DNA from: Bacteroidota bacterium
Lineage (GTDB): Bacteria > Bacteroidota > Bacteroidia > Bacteroidales > Cfx3-03
Direction of reading: 5' to 3'
Assembly: GCA_013390605.1 (NCBI GenBank)
Contig: JACAUB010000001.1
Coordinates: forward strand, 5,054,250 to 5,118,249
Length of the DNA: 64,000 bases
Each line of letters opens with the position of its first letter. Within the stretch, counting starts at the first letter, position 1. Shown here piece after piece: positions 50,505-61,728 of the stretch. Under the pieces are notes generated by a model. That model did not search any database. It saw nothing but the letters and a program-made list of their open reading frames with translations, and was not told the DNA's origin. Made by a program: the position numbers and the translations under genes.

Positions 50505-52958
50505 TTATTTTACAATATTGAAAACCACCTTTGCGGATTTTATTCCTGGCGACGAAAAAGTTACAGTGGCACTTCCTTCTTTCATACCTGCCTGAATATA
50601 TGCTACTAATTTCCCTTTGAAGATTTGGCGACTGGATGTTTTATACTGTGTTGTATCTCTTGGATTTGAATTTTCCAGTCCTAATAATGTTGCCGAACCA
50701 TTAATCGTACAAGTAACAACATTATCAGATAAGAATACAGGATTGCCGGCTTCATCAACTATGGATAATTCGATATGAGCAATGCCTCGTTTAGAAGCAC
50801 TAAGTTGTTTTTTGTCAGAGAAAGCCAACAATGCTGAAGAATTACCGGAAGTCTTTATAATAGAAACATGCAGTTTGTTCATTTCATCTGTTGCTACAGC
50901 CTTTAGTGTACCTGCTTCGAAAGGAACGGTCCAGTTCATAACACCACTTTTTTCAAAATCAGCCCTGTTTTTTTTACCCAATGATTTATCGTTTAAGAAA
51001 AGTTCAACCTCTTTACAATTGGTAAAACAGTTGACTCTTACAATTTCTCCTTTCGCGTAATTCCAGGTAGGGTCAGCATTTTTCTGATCCCATGGCGAAC
51101 CGGCTCTCTCTACTTTTGGAGGGATAGTGGTTCCAATATAAACCATTGGTTGATCACTCCATAGACTTTGTCTGAAGAAATATTCAGGTTTCTTTAATCC
51201 ACCAAGATCTAACAATCCTGATGTGCTATGCTTTGCCGGAAACATTCCTGCTTCTCCAAGATATTCGATTCCTGTCCATAAGTATTGGGCAGAGATGAAT
51301 TCCTTTTTGTCTACATCATTCCAGACTCCTTTTCCAAAACCATTTTCACTGCCCATAATGATTCGGTTAGGATATTTCTTATGATCGTCAATATATCTGT
51401 ACTCCTGATAATTATAACCAACAACATCAAGTGCATCGGCATAGCCTGTTTCATTGGAGATAAGTACTGCCGCTAATGCAGCAGTAACCGGGCGAGTTGT
51501 ATCATATTGTTTTACGGTCTTTACCAGCTCTTTCGCTATTACACCCAGCCGGTTTGAGTTAGGCATTTCGGGATGGTAACCTCTTCCATAGATTTGTGGA
51601 TTTGTACCAATATCGAGTATCGGATGAGAATAGGGGTCGTTTGGATAATCAAGTTCATTCCCAATACTCCAAAGAAAGATAGATGGGTGGTTTCTGTTTC
51701 TTAACAATTGATCGTGGAGGTCTTTTTCATGCCATTCTGCCCATACTTCATGATACCCTTCTGTGCTTGGTTTTCCTACATTCCATCCTTTTACCCATTT
51801 ATTTTTACCAGCTTCCCATTCATCGAAAGCCTCATCCATTACCAGAAATCCAAGTTTATCGCAAAGATCGTACAACTCAGTAGCATGTGGATTATGGCTC
51901 ATCCTGATTGAGTTACATCCCATTTCTTTGAGACGTAGTAGTCTACGTTCCCAGATTCCGTTTGGAACAGCTGCACCCAGACAACCTGCATCATGATGAA
52001 CGCAAACTCCTTTTAATTTCATAGGTATCCCATTCAAGGTAAAGCCTTTATCTGCATCGAAATGGAAAAAGCGGATACCAATTTTTGTATCTATCATATC
52101 AAGTACCACAGCACCCTGCTTAATGGTAGTCGTTAAAGTATATAGATTTGGATGATCTATTGACCAGAGGTCTGGCTTCAGAACATTCATTGAAACGTCC
52201 AGATTGTTATCAATAGATGCTGAAACTGAAATTGACTTTGAACTTCGTGCTACTATTTTCCCATTCTGGTCAGCCAATTTGTTTTCTACGTCCACTTTCT
52301 GGTTTAAGGCTGTGTTATTTTCAATCGATACTTTTACCGCAACTGTTGCTTTGTCTTTATTCACTTCAGGAGTGGTAGCAAAAATACCCCATTGTTTAAT
52401 ATGGAGTTTGTTGGTGGAAATGAGAAATACATTTCTGTATATTCCAGAACCAGCATACCAACGTGAGTCGGCAAATTGTTGATGGTCTACTTTTACAGCC
52501 AGGACATTGGTCTTTCCAATATTGAGGTAGGGTGTCAGATCGTATTGGTAGGAAATATAGCCGTTAGGTCGTTTTCCAAGATAATGACCATTGATCCAGA
52601 CCTCACCATTCTTGGAAACTCCTTCAAAATAGATTGCTACTTGTTTCCCTTTATCAGATATTGGAATAACAAAATTCTTGCGGTACCATGCTATACCAGT
52701 TGGCAAATATCCGGTAGCACTTGCCCACTTACTATCAAAAGGACCTTCTACTGAATAGTCGTGTGGTAATTCTACATTCCGCCATCCATTATCGTCAAAA
52801 GAAACCTCAAAAGCTTTCTCCGAATCGCCTTTAAAGAATTTCCAGTTTTCATTAAATAACACTGTCTTGCGTCCGGAATATTGCGAAGGTGTTTGTGCAA
52901 ATGATGCCACTGCAACGAATTGCAAAACAAGGATTAAGAAACAGATTTTACGAATCAT
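50505..52958 (-). CDS. glycoside hydrolase family 2 (beta-galactosidase-like)
   Basis: LPHDYS, SRWYAGSGIYR, KGVCVHHD, RMSHNP, WSIGNE, YLGE. Confidence 0.93.
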   Translation of the reverse strand: MIRKICFLILVLQFVAVASFAQTPSQYSGRKTVLFNENWKFFKGDSEKAFEVSFDDNGWRNVELPHDYSVEGPFDSKWASATGYLPTGIAWYRKNFVIPISDKGKQVAIYFEGVSKNGEVWINGHYLGKRPNGYISYQYDLTPYLNIGKTNVLAVKVDHQQFADSRWYAGSGIYRNVFLISTNKLHIKQWGIFATTPEVNKDKATVAVKVSIENNTALNQKVDVENKLADQNGKIVARSSKSISVSASIDNNLDVSMNVLKPDLWSIDHPNLYTLTTTIKQGAVVLDMIDTKIGIRFFHFDADKGFTLNGIPMKLKGVCVHHDAGCLGAAVPNGIWERRLLRLKEMGCNSIRMSHNPHATELYDLCDKLGFLVMDEAFDEWEAGKNKWVKGWNVGKPSTEGYHEVWAEWHEKDLHDQLLRNRNHPSIFLWSIGNELDYPNDPYSHPILDIGTNPQIYGRGYHPEMPNSNRLGVIAKELVKTVKQYDTTRPVTAALAAVLISNETGYADALDVVGYNYQEYRYIDDHKKYPNRIIMGSENGFGKGVWNDVDKKEFISAQYLWTGIEYLGEAGMFPAKHSTSGLLDLGGLKKPEYFFRQSLWSDQPMVYIGTTIPPKVERAGSPWDQKNADPTWNYAKGEIVRVNCFTNCKEVELFLNDKSLGKKNRADFEKSGVMNWTVPFEAGTLKAVATDEMNKLHVSIIKTSGNSSALLAFSDKKQLSASKRGIAHIELSIVDEAGNPVFLSDNVVTCTINGSATLLGLENSNPRDTTQYKTSSRQIFKGKLVAYIQAGMKEGSATVTFSSPGIKSAKVVFNIVK

Positions 52959-52995
52959 TGTTTTTATTATTAAGGTTGTTTGCTTTTATCAGTCA

Positions 52996-55623
52996 TTATA
53001 TTGAGAACCAATAGTTAAGTTTTATCAGGAAAACTGATTTTGGGAATATATTTTTGATGTTTCCTATCGCATCAGATACTGAGTTATAGCCGGGTGTGAT
53101 GTATTCAGTTCTGTCTTGAGACCATGCAAAGTAAATTTGGGAACCAGGGCGATATTCCCATCTAAATACAAAATTTGACCGGAATTGATCGAAGTTGAAA
53201 TCCGGATTAGAGAAGGAATATGTGATATGCGAACTTCCATTCTCAGATACATTATAAGTGCTATTATTCATTACAGGACTTAACAGTGAAAACCTGTTTT
53301 GATAATTGGCATCCCGGGGATTTGTAACGACTTTAAAGTCTGAATATTTACCAACGGATGCAAATGGACTTCCATAATATTGGATGGAAAGTTCAGGAGT
53401 GATATTATAATCTATTCTGAAGGTGGCACTTAATGTATGTTGGTCAATTTTCCCCAATATATATCTGTTTTCATTGCCTACAGATTTAGTATCAACATAT
53501 TGTAGGTTGTCTTTGTTGCTGGAATAATTGACACTCATTGAGAATTTCAATGTATTTAGTGGCATTATAGACACGCCTGGTTCAACTGAATAATATCTGC
53601 TACTTTGATTACCAGATGCTGATACGTATGTGTTTAAACTGAAGGTTGTTTTTTTCGAAGGATCCGTTCCCACTGAAAAAGAGTTGACCCACAGTGACGG
53701 AACCAACATTGCATAGCCTCCACGTAAAATTCGTGTATCAAGGGCTTGTGAGGTGTAGTTCAGCGAATTATTGATGGTCCATTTATTGAGAAAACCAAGA
53801 TTTATATTTAAGTTGCCACCTGATGATAGATGGTGCATTCCAAAATCCCAGTTATTAATCTGGCTTATGCCGATATTATAAGTCCTGAAAATAGAAACCG
53901 GTTTGACTATAAAATAAGAAAGAGAGGATGTCTGTTTGAAAATATCGGATGTAGACATATACCCTATATCATTGAAATCGAGCCCTGGAGAACGCCAGTT
54001 GAATTCAGATGAATAACGCCATAATCCTTTACTGCCTTTTCCTATTTTAATTCTTCCGCCATATCCCGAAAGTTGTGTTCGGGTACTATCGTAGTGAATA
54101 TTTTCAGCATCCGGGCGTTGATAATATCGAGCTGACGAGTATTGGAGTTCTTTAAGGGCAGCTGTATTTCCTTTAATGTTACTACCCACTAATTTTACAT
54201 CAATATAAAATTCCTTATCATTCCATTGGTGAAGTAAATCGAGACCTCCGGTTACTGCATCCCGATTTAGGAAATTGAGATTGGCATTATCAATAAAGCG
54301 ATTTGTTGATGTAAGTATTCCTCCAAGCATCGTGTTTCCCTGTCGGAAATCTTGTTGCACACGGACGATAGTATAGCTGGTTAATGGATCAACACTTTCT
54401 TTACTCCTCTTGCCTAGTGAGTCTATTTTTGCATGTTCATTGGCTGTAAGACTTTGTAATACACCTACTGAAAGTCCATTTGATGATTTTCCGCTAATTT
54501 TTACAGCGCTTAGGATCGTTGTATTATCGGGGAAATCCATATGTTCATTATTTTTTAAACTGGGATAATAACTGGGTGCATGGCCAATTCGTCGACTGTA
54601 AAAGAGACTTGCATCACCCATGTCAAAACTAAAAATATTTGCTCCTTCCAGAAAGAAGGGTCTCTTTTCTCCATAAAAAGTTTCAAATGCAGAAAGGTTC
54701 ATCACTGAAGGATCAGATTCGACTTGTCCAAAATCGGGATTTACGGTGACATCGGCGGTGAAATTACTCGATAGTCCAATCTTTGCATCGATCCCTGCAT
54801 TCCCAAACCAGCTCCGTCCTTTATTTGCAAAAGGGTTTTCTGGTTCTTTTTTGAAAGTATTCAACTTTCCAAGTGTGTAGGGCATAATTTCTATTCGGCG
54901 CGATTTTGGTAATCCTTTAATGTCTTGCAATTCGCCAAACATATACAATATTCCCGGACTTTTCGACGATTGCAACTCCCAATCACTCTCTTCTTGTAAA
55001 CGATCAATCCAACGCCAGCAATGCATACCCCACACCTGTTCATAATTACTACTATAACGCAGCTGACTTAACGGGATCTCAAATTCTGCAATCCATGCCG
55101 AGTCCGTTTTCCCAACTTTCCCTTTCCAGACAGCATTCCAATTTACATCAAAACTGTTGTTCGTTAATACCATGTCTATTTTTTGTCCTCCGGCTGTCAG
55201 ATCAAATTCAAATCCTGTCCGATGATCATGGTAACTATCAAAAGTAATGCCTGCTATGTCGCCGGCAAGCTCATCACGTCTTCCTGCCTTTTGGGATATC
55301 TTTTTTGGCTCATGGTCAATTGCCCGAATTGCTACATAAATGTTTTTATCATCGTACAATACTTTTAGCTCAGTGGGTTGCGATGGCTTTCCCCCTTCAT
55401 TGGGAACCCATTGTGTAAAGTTGCTGGCCCATTCACCCGTTTTCCAGCATGCATCGTTTAAAACACCGTCAATTACCGGCTTTCCTGTTGTTAAACGAGA
55501 AGTATGATAAACTCTTACTGGCTTTTGGTGTAGATCTTTTAATGTGTCAGTCGGTGTTATAGAATAGATCTGCGTTTTGAATAATAGGAATACAATGAGC
55601 GTGACAAGTGATTTTGTGTTCAT
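52996..55623 (-). CDS. DUF5916 / CBM9-like domain exported (probable outer-membrane) protein
   Basis: PVIDGVLND, WIAEFEIPLSQLRY, TVNPDFGQVESD, EKRPFFLEG, FYSRRIG; C-terminal KLNYWF. Confidence 0.8.
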   Translation of the reverse strand: MNTKSLVTLIVFLLFKTQIYSITPTDTLKDLHQKPVRVYHTSRLTTGKPVIDGVLNDACWKTGEWASNFTQWVPNEGGKPSQPTELKVLYDDKNIYVAIRAIDHEPKKISQKAGRRDELAGDIAGITFDSYHDHRTGFEFDLTAGGQKIDMVLTNNSFDVNWNAVWKGKVGKTDSAWIAEFEIPLSQLRYSSNYEQVWGMHCWRWIDRLQEESDWELQSSKSPGILYMFGELQDIKGLPKSRRIEIMPYTLGKLNTFKKEPENPFANKGRSWFGNAGIDAKIGLSSNFTADVTVNPDFGQVESDPSVMNLSAFETFYGEKRPFFLEGANIFSFDMGDASLFYSRRIGHAPSYYPSLKNNEHMDFPDNTTILSAVKISGKSSNGLSVGVLQSLTANEHAKIDSLGKRSKESVDPLTSYTIVRVQQDFRQGNTMLGGILTSTNRFIDNANLNFLNRDAVTGGLDLLHQWNDKEFYIDVKLVGSNIKGNTAALKELQYSSARYYQRPDAENIHYDSTRTQLSGYGGRIKIGKGSKGLWRYSSEFNWRSPGLDFNDIGYMSTSDIFKQTSSLSYFIVKPVSIFRTYNIGISQINNWDFGMHHLSSGGNLNINLGFLNKWTINNSLNYTSQALDTRILRGGYAMLVPSLWVNSFSVGTDPSKKTTFSLNTYVSASGNQSSRYYSVEPGVSIMPLNTLKFSMSVNYSSNKDNLQYVDTKSVGNENRYILGKIDQHTLSATFRIDYNITPELSIQYYGSPFASVGKYSDFKVVTNPRDANYQNRFSLLSPVMNNSTYNVSENGSSHITYSFSNPDFNFDQFRSNFVFRWEYRPGSQIYFAWSQDRTEYITPGYNSVSDAIGNIKNIFPKSVFLIKLNYWFSI

Positions 55624-55817
55624 CTTTCTTATTTTTATGAGTCAAGCATTTGGGTTGATAAATCAAGAACGAGCAACTATTAATAGTTATTAATAAATAA
55701 ATGTTAGATTAACACTTAAACAAATAAACTAATATATTTGTAATTTATAAAAGTTGCTCAAAAATAACGATTAATCTATTCCATACCCTTATTTTGTTAA
55801 TGAAATAACACCACCAA

Positions 55818-58800
55818 ATGATGAATAAATTTACTTTATTATTATTTTATTTTATTGGGCTCTTCTCTTTTACTGTCTCTGCTCAGCAGAAAGGATTTCT
55901 GGAGAATGTGTACGATTATATTGAGAACATCAATATGTTTGAGCTAAATCAGGAACCCGGACATGTTCCTTTAATGATTTATGGATCGGTTAAAGATGCA
56001 ATGCAAAATAATCCACAGCGATCTTCTTCGTTTATATCATTAAATGGAACCTGGAAATTCAACCTATCTGAAAATCCTGATCAGTCGCCAAAAGACTTTT
56101 TTAAACCCAGTTTTAACGATGCACAATGGGGAACTATCAAAGTTCCATCAAACTGGCAGATGCAGGGATATGGACATCCCATGTTTCGAAATGTGACACA
56201 ACTGTTTAAACCAAACCCTCCCAAGATTCCTCACGATTATAATCCGGTTGGCTCTTATCGTCGTACTTTTCAGATTCCCGGTGATTGGAAAGACAAACAA
56301 GTTCTGCTTAGGTTGGAAGCTGCTGCTTCTGCTTCATTTATCTGGGTGAACGGTAGAGAAGTAGGATACAACCAAGGAGCCATGGAACCTGCAGAATATG
56401 ATATAACAAAATATATTAAGCCCGGCAAGAACTCGTTGGCCATTAATGTTTATGCCTATTCTGATGGCTCATACCTCGAATCACAGGACATGTGGCGCCT
56501 CTCCGGGATATTCCGTGATGTTTCATTAACTGCTACTCCCAAAATACATCTGCGTGATTACTATGTGGTGACCGATCTCGATGCTTCCTATTGTGATGCA
56601 CAACTAAACATAACCACAGAACTTAAAAATTATACAAAACAAAGTGTCAAAGGCTATTCGGTCAGAGCTTCCCTCTATGATGAAAAGGGTAATCTGATCA
56701 TGAAGCCTATCAGCTCTTCGACTATATCGCTCGATGGACAGCAGGCTTCTCAGGTTAAAATCTCTTCTGTTATACAGAATCCTGAAAAATGGTCGGCCGA
56801 GCACCCAAACCTTTATCAACTAGTTCTCGAATTGATAACTCCTGATAGTAAGGTAGCTGAGGTTTATTCAGAAAAAATTGGTTTCAGGAAAGTTGAAGTG
56901 AGACATCAGGCACTTTATGTAAATGGCGTTCCTGTTAAATTGAATGGCGTAAATAGTCACATGCAACATCCTGATACGGGTCATGCTATGGATGTAGAAA
57001 CTATTCGGAAGGACTTAACGTTGATGAAGCAGTTTAATATAAACTGTGTACGCACATCGCATTATCCTCCAAATATTGAATACCTCAAGATGGCTGATGA
57101 GCTTGGAATGTATATTGTTGACGAAACAGGCGATGAAGCACATGCAACCGAATATATCTCAGGACTTCCGGAATGGAGAGCACAATATGTGGAACGTGTT
57201 CAAAAAATGGTACTGCGCGATCGGAATCATCCTTCTATCATCATCTGGAGTGCTGGTAACGAAAGTGGCACAGGTAATAATATCTGTGCAGTTATCGAAG
57301 AGGGAAAACGATTAGATCCCAGTAGACCAGCATGGATGTATGGTGGTAACACTACTGATTTTCCGGGTAAGAATCCAATGACCTGTGAAGATATCATTGG
57401 TCCTCGTTATGCAACCCCATTTGAACTAAAGACATTGATTGGCGAAGTTCCCGAAAATATAGATCCACGACCTTCATTTATGGATGAATATTGTGCAGCA
57501 ACCGGAAATGGTTTAGGCGGAATGGATGAATATTGGGATGTAATTTATCAATACCCACGCTGTATAGGAGGCGCTATCTGGGATTGGGTTAGTCCCGCGC
57601 TCCGTACCAAATATATTTATGCTGAAGATGCATCACCACTTAAAAACAATGGTGCCATCATAGGACGTGCCAAACTAGTGGATGGAAAATTTGGAAAGGC
57701 TCTATCTTTAAGTGGACATGATGAGTTTGTTGAAATCTATCGCGATCCTGCTTTAGATATTACCGGCAAACAGTTAACGCTGTCATGCTGGCTTCGTCCT
57801 GGCAAATGGAATGGAAATGGTTCTTTTATCACCAAAGGAAAGTATCAGTTCGGTTTACAACAAATATCAAAAGATACGCTTGAGTTTTATCTGACGGGCT
57901 CAAAGAAACAACAACTCCATGCAGCAGTTCCTTCTAATTGGGAAGGTGCCTGGCACCATCTGGCTGCAACTTACAATGGAAAATTGATGTCATTATATGT
58001 TGATGGAGCAATGGTTATTTCAAAGAACTACACTGAGTCGATCGAAAACAAACCCTTCCCTGTAAATATTGGCCGCGATGCAGAAATACACGGACAAGAA
58101 CATAATGGATATTTAAGCAATGCCGTTATTGATCAGGTTAGCATCTTCAACAAAGTGGTTCCGATTGATCAGCTACAAAACCCTGTTGAAGCTTTAAAGA
58201 AAAGTTCGCTACTCTGGCTTGATTTTGATGAGTTGAAAGAAAAGGGCGAGTTTTTCAGTATGGGGATTGGCGGACGTAGTTATGGAATGGTATGGCCCGA
58301 TCGTAACCCACAGCCCGAGTTATGGCAGGCTAAGAAATCGGCTCAGCCTGTAAAGGTTGATTTGATTGATGCGGCTACCGGAACAGTGGAGGTACTGAAC
58401 CGCTATCATTTTACCAATCTAAATGAGTTGGATGCTGTTTGGCAGTTGCAGGCCGATGGTGATATCCTTCAAAACGGCACACTCAACCTTTCATTAGCCC
58501 CTCTCCAAAAAGCAAATGTAAAAATTCCATTTGTAAAACCTCAAATACTTCCGGGCAAAGAATATCGTTTATTAGTGAGCTTCCGTCTGAAAAGAGATGA
58601 GTCGTGGGCAAAGAAAGGGCACGAAGTAGCATGGGATCAATTGGAACTCCCATATAAGGTGCCAGTTATTGAAATTGAGAAAACGATTAAAGCAGCTGCA
58701 CTTTTAACTACACCTGAAACTATTTCTGTAAAAGGTGAAACATTCAATTATACGCTAGATAAAAACACCGGAACATTTTCTTCTATGCAGTATCAAGGCA

Positions 58801-59606
58801 AAGAGTTAATTAATCAAGGACCGGTTTTAAATGTATGGAGAGCCTCCGTTGCTAATGAACGCGATGACTGGACTACATGGAGTGCAAACACCCTTATTAA
58901 GGCCGAAGGAATGGGTAATGATGCAGCAAATGGTTGGCGCACGATTGGACTCGATCGTCTGATCCATAAAGTTGATCGTATCTTTACACAGAATAAACCT
59001 ACAGGCGAGGTCGTTATAGATGTTGAAGAGCATGCCCAGGCCAATGATTACAGTACTGCATTTATGAATCACTATGTCTATACAATCAATGGCGATGGAG
59101 AAATTACTATTAATCATACTGTCACTCCCTGGGGCTTAATGCCGACCTGGATTCCTAAAGTAGGTATTCAGTTAATTTTAAACCCTACGATGAATAAAAT
59201 TGCATGGTATGGTAGAGGTCCGATCGAAACCTATCCTGATCGGAAGACTGGTGCCAAAATTGGTGTTTATGCAAGTACCGTTCAGGATGAGTATGAGCCC
59301 TATGTCATTCCACAGGATTATGGAAATAAAACCGATGTACGTTGGTTTAAAGTAGAATCTAAAGAAGGTATTGGGTTACAGATTTCCGGAAGTGATTTAT
59401 TTAACTGTAGTGCACAGCAATATTCAACGGATAATTTAACCCGAGCATCTTATCCTTTCCAGTTGAAACCTTTTAACGGTATTACACTCAATGTGGATTA
59501 TGCTTTAAGTGGGGTGGGTTGTACAGCTATTTCTGTACTCAATAAATATCGGGTTACACCTCAGGAATATCACTTCATTACAAAGCTTAAACCTTATATG
59601 AACTAA
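55818..59606 (+). CDS. LacZ-type GH2 beta-galactosidase with inserted LamG-like domain
   Basis: YLESQDMWRLSGIFR, VRTSHYP, RDRNHPSIIIWSAGNE, GGAIWDW, WHHLAATYNG insert, WYGRGP small-chain domain. Confidence 0.92.
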   Translation: MMNKFTLLLFYFIGLFSFTVSAQQKGFLENVYDYIENINMFELNQEPGHVPLMIYGSVKDAMQNNPQRSSSFISLNGTWKFNLSENPDQSPKDFFKPSFNDAQWGTIKVPSNWQMQGYGHPMFRNVTQLFKPNPPKIPHDYNPVGSYRRTFQIPGDWKDKQVLLRLEAAASASFIWVNGREVGYNQGAMEPAEYDITKYIKPGKNSLAINVYAYSDGSYLESQDMWRLSGIFRDVSLTATPKIHLRDYYVVTDLDASYCDAQLNITTELKNYTKQSVKGYSVRASLYDEKGNLIMKPISSSTISLDGQQASQVKISSVIQNPEKWSAEHPNLYQLVLELITPDSKVAEVYSEKIGFRKVEVRHQALYVNGVPVKLNGVNSHMQHPDTGHAMDVETIRKDLTLMKQFNINCVRTSHYPPNIEYLKMADELGMYIVDETGDEAHATEYISGLPEWRAQYVERVQKMVLRDRNHPSIIIWSAGNESGTGNNICAVIEEGKRLDPSRPAWMYGGNTTDFPGKNPMTCEDIIGPRYATPFELKTLIGEVPENIDPRPSFMDEYCAATGNGLGGMDEYWDVIYQYPRCIGGAIWDWVSPALRTKYIYAEDASPLKNNGAIIGRAKLVDGKFGKALSLSGHDEFVEIYRDPALDITGKQLTLSCWLRPGKWNGNGSFITKGKYQFGLQQISKDTLEFYLTGSKKQQLHAAVPSNWEGAWHHLAATYNGKLMSLYVDGAMVISKNYTESIENKPFPVNIGRDAEIHGQEHNGYLSNAVIDQVSIFNKVVPIDQLQNPVEALKKSSLLWLDFDELKEKGEFFSMGIGGRSYGMVWPDRNPQPELWQAKKSAQPVKVDLIDAATGTVEVLNRYHFTNLNELDAVWQLQADGDILQNGTLNLSLAPLQKANVKIPFVKPQILPGKEYRLLVSFRLKRDESWAKKGHEVAWDQLELPYKVPVIEIEKTIKAAALLTTPETISVKGETFNYTLDKNTGTFSSMQYQGKELINQGPVLNVWRASVANERDDWTTWSANTLIKAEGMGNDAANGWRTIGLDRLIHKVDRIFTQNKPTGEVVIDVEEHAQANDYSTAFMNHYVYTINGDGEITINHTVTPWGLMPTWIPKVGIQLILNPTMNKIAWYGRGPIETYPDRKTGAKIGVYASTVQDEYEPYVIPQDYGNKTDVRWFKVESKEGIGLQISGSDLFNCSAQQYSTDNLTRASYPFQLKPFNGITLNVDYALSGVGCTAISVLNKYRVTPQEYHFITKLKPYMN

Positions 59607-59609
59607 CAT

Positions 59610-59650
59610 AAAAAAAGGAGTAGTTCAATTACGAACTGCTCCTTTTTTTT
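59610..59650. terminator. bidirectional intrinsic terminator
   Basis: A7-GGAGTAGTTC-aattac-GAACTGCTCC-T8 between convergent genes. Confidence 0.85.
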
Positions 59651-59664
59651 AAGATAAATTTAGA

Positions 59665-61728
59665 TTACCAGATGTTAGCTCTCTTCTCTTCAGGAATAAA
59701 CCTTTTATCGGTAGCTTTAATGTTAAATGCCTTATAGAATGCAGGAATATTATAAACGATTCCATTTACGCGGGCAATACCAGGTGAATGAACATCTTCT
59801 TTCAAACGACGCATAAGCTCCTGATCCCGAATATTGTTTCTCCAAACCTGTGCATACGACAAGAAGAAACGTTGATCGATCGTAAATCCATCAATCTTTT
59901 CGGTCTGGTCTTTTCCCTGTAATGCCTTATGAAGTGCATCATACGAAATATTTACACCGCCCAAGTCGGCAATGTTTTCACCTGTTGTTAATTTGCCATT
60001 AACATGTAGCGAGTCCAGAATTTTATAATTATCATACTGATCAATGAGCACTTTGGTTTGTTTTTCAAACTTGGCAGCATCATCTTTTGTCCACCATTCG
60101 TGTAAGTTTCCAACTTTATCATACAAACGACCCTGATCGTCGAAGCCATGTGTCATTTCATGACCAATCACTACACCAATTGCACCATAATTAACAGCAT
60201 CGTCAGCATCTGTATAGAAGAAAGGAGGCTGTAGAATTCCGGCAGGGAAAACAATCTCGTTCATATTTGGACTATAATAGGCATTAACCGTTTGAGGAGT
60301 CATCCCCCATTCAGCACGATCAACAGGCTTACCAATTTTGTCAAATTCTCTTCTCACTGCAAAACGATTGGCATTCATCACATTTACAAAATATGAATCT
60401 TTCGATACCGCTACTTTTGAATAATCAATCCATTTATCAGGATAGCCAACCTTGACATTGATTTTTGCAAGTTTAGCTTCAGCCTCTTTCTTTGTTGCAT
60501 CACTCATCCATTTCAGGTTCTGAATTCGTTCATTCAGCGCAACCTTTAGATTGCTTACTAACGTAATCATACGTTCTTTAGCCTTTGCAGGAAAATATTT
60601 TTCAACATACAATTGACCAACAGCTTCGCCTAACGAACCGCTTGTTTCGTCAACCACACGTTTCCAACGGGGTTTCATCTGTTTGATACCCGAAAGGACG
60701 GTTCCAAAGAAGGCAAAATGTTCTTTATCGAAAGCTGATGAGAGATAGCTTGATGATGAACGAACCAGATTCCATTTCAGATAAGTTTTCCAATCATCAA
60801 TAGAAACAGTAGAAGTTAATTTTGCCATAGCCGTAAAGAACTTAGGCTGGCCAACATTGAGATCTTTTGTTTGAGTCAGGCCAATGTTATTAAAGTAAAG
60901 AGCCCAATCGAACTGAGGAGCAATTTTTTTAACTCCTGCTAAATCCATTTTGTTATAGTTCTTGATAGGGTCGCGCAGTTCGAGACGAGTAGATGAGGCA
61001 GTAGCCAATGCAGTTTCGATTTTCAGAACCGTTTCAGCACTTTTTGTAGCTACATCGTTTGCTTGTCCTAACAATACAAAAGTACGAACGAGGTGTTTCT
61101 GATACTCGGCACGAATTTCTTTTGAACGGCCATCAGTTGCGAGGTAATAATCTCTATCAGGCAACCCTAGTCCACCTTGTCCAAGTTGTGCAATTACCTT
61201 TTCGCTGTTTTTTTCATCCTGGGCTGAATAGATATTAAACAGACCAGGCATTCCTGCTGCATGATTATAGGCAATTTGTTTCTGAAGATCGGCTACCGTT
61301 TTCACAGCATCAATCTTGTCAAGTTCAGCCTGAATGGCTTTTACACCATCTTTCTCAATCTTTACTGTGTCCATACCACTGGTATAGAAATCACCGATTT
61401 TTTGTTTTATGGAGCCGGCCTTTGCGCTTTTATCAGCAGCAGCCTCTTCCATGATGCCTTTCAGCTGGGTAGTGTTAAGCTCGTCAATTTCTTCAAAAGC
61501 ACCAAAACGGCTTTTGTCGGCAGGAATAGGATTGTTTTTTAACCAGCCACCATTGGCATACTGGTAGAAATCGTCGCCTGGCTTTGCAGAGGTGTCGAGA
61601 TTTGCACTATTAATTGCTAATTCCACTTTTTTGTTGGTTTTTTTGTTGCCGCAGCTAACCATAAAGGTGACGGCAAGAGCTCCTACTAATAGCGTAGAGA
61701 GCGATTTGTAAATAAATGGGTTGTTCAT
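59665..61728 (-). CDS. pepO: M13 family metalloendopeptidase (PepO-like), lipoprotein
   Basis: Lipobox VSC; DDFYQYANGGW, VNAYY, HEMTH, GENIADLGG, DVHSP. Confidence 0.93.
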   Translation of the reverse strand: MNNPFIYKSLSTLLVGALAVTFMVSCGNKKTNKKVELAINSANLDTSAKPGDDFYQYANGGWLKNNPIPADKSRFGAFEEIDELNTTQLKGIMEEAAADKSAKAGSIKQKIGDFYTSGMDTVKIEKDGVKAIQAELDKIDAVKTVADLQKQIAYNHAAGMPGLFNIYSAQDEKNSEKVIAQLGQGGLGLPDRDYYLATDGRSKEIRAEYQKHLVRTFVLLGQANDVATKSAETVLKIETALATASSTRLELRDPIKNYNKMDLAGVKKIAPQFDWALYFNNIGLTQTKDLNVGQPKFFTAMAKLTSTVSIDDWKTYLKWNLVRSSSSYLSSAFDKEHFAFFGTVLSGIKQMKPRWKRVVDETSGSLGEAVGQLYVEKYFPAKAKERMITLVSNLKVALNERIQNLKWMSDATKKEAEAKLAKINVKVGYPDKWIDYSKVAVSKDSYFVNVMNANRFAVRREFDKIGKPVDRAEWGMTPQTVNAYYSPNMNEIVFPAGILQPPFFYTDADDAVNYGAIGVVIGHEMTHGFDDQGRLYDKVGNLHEWWTKDDAAKFEKQTKVLIDQYDNYKILDSLHVNGKLTTGENIADLGGVNISYDALHKALQGKDQTEKIDGFTIDQRFFLSYAQVWRNNIRDQELMRRLKEDVHSPGIARVNGIVYNIPAFYKAFNIKATDKRFIPEEKRANIW

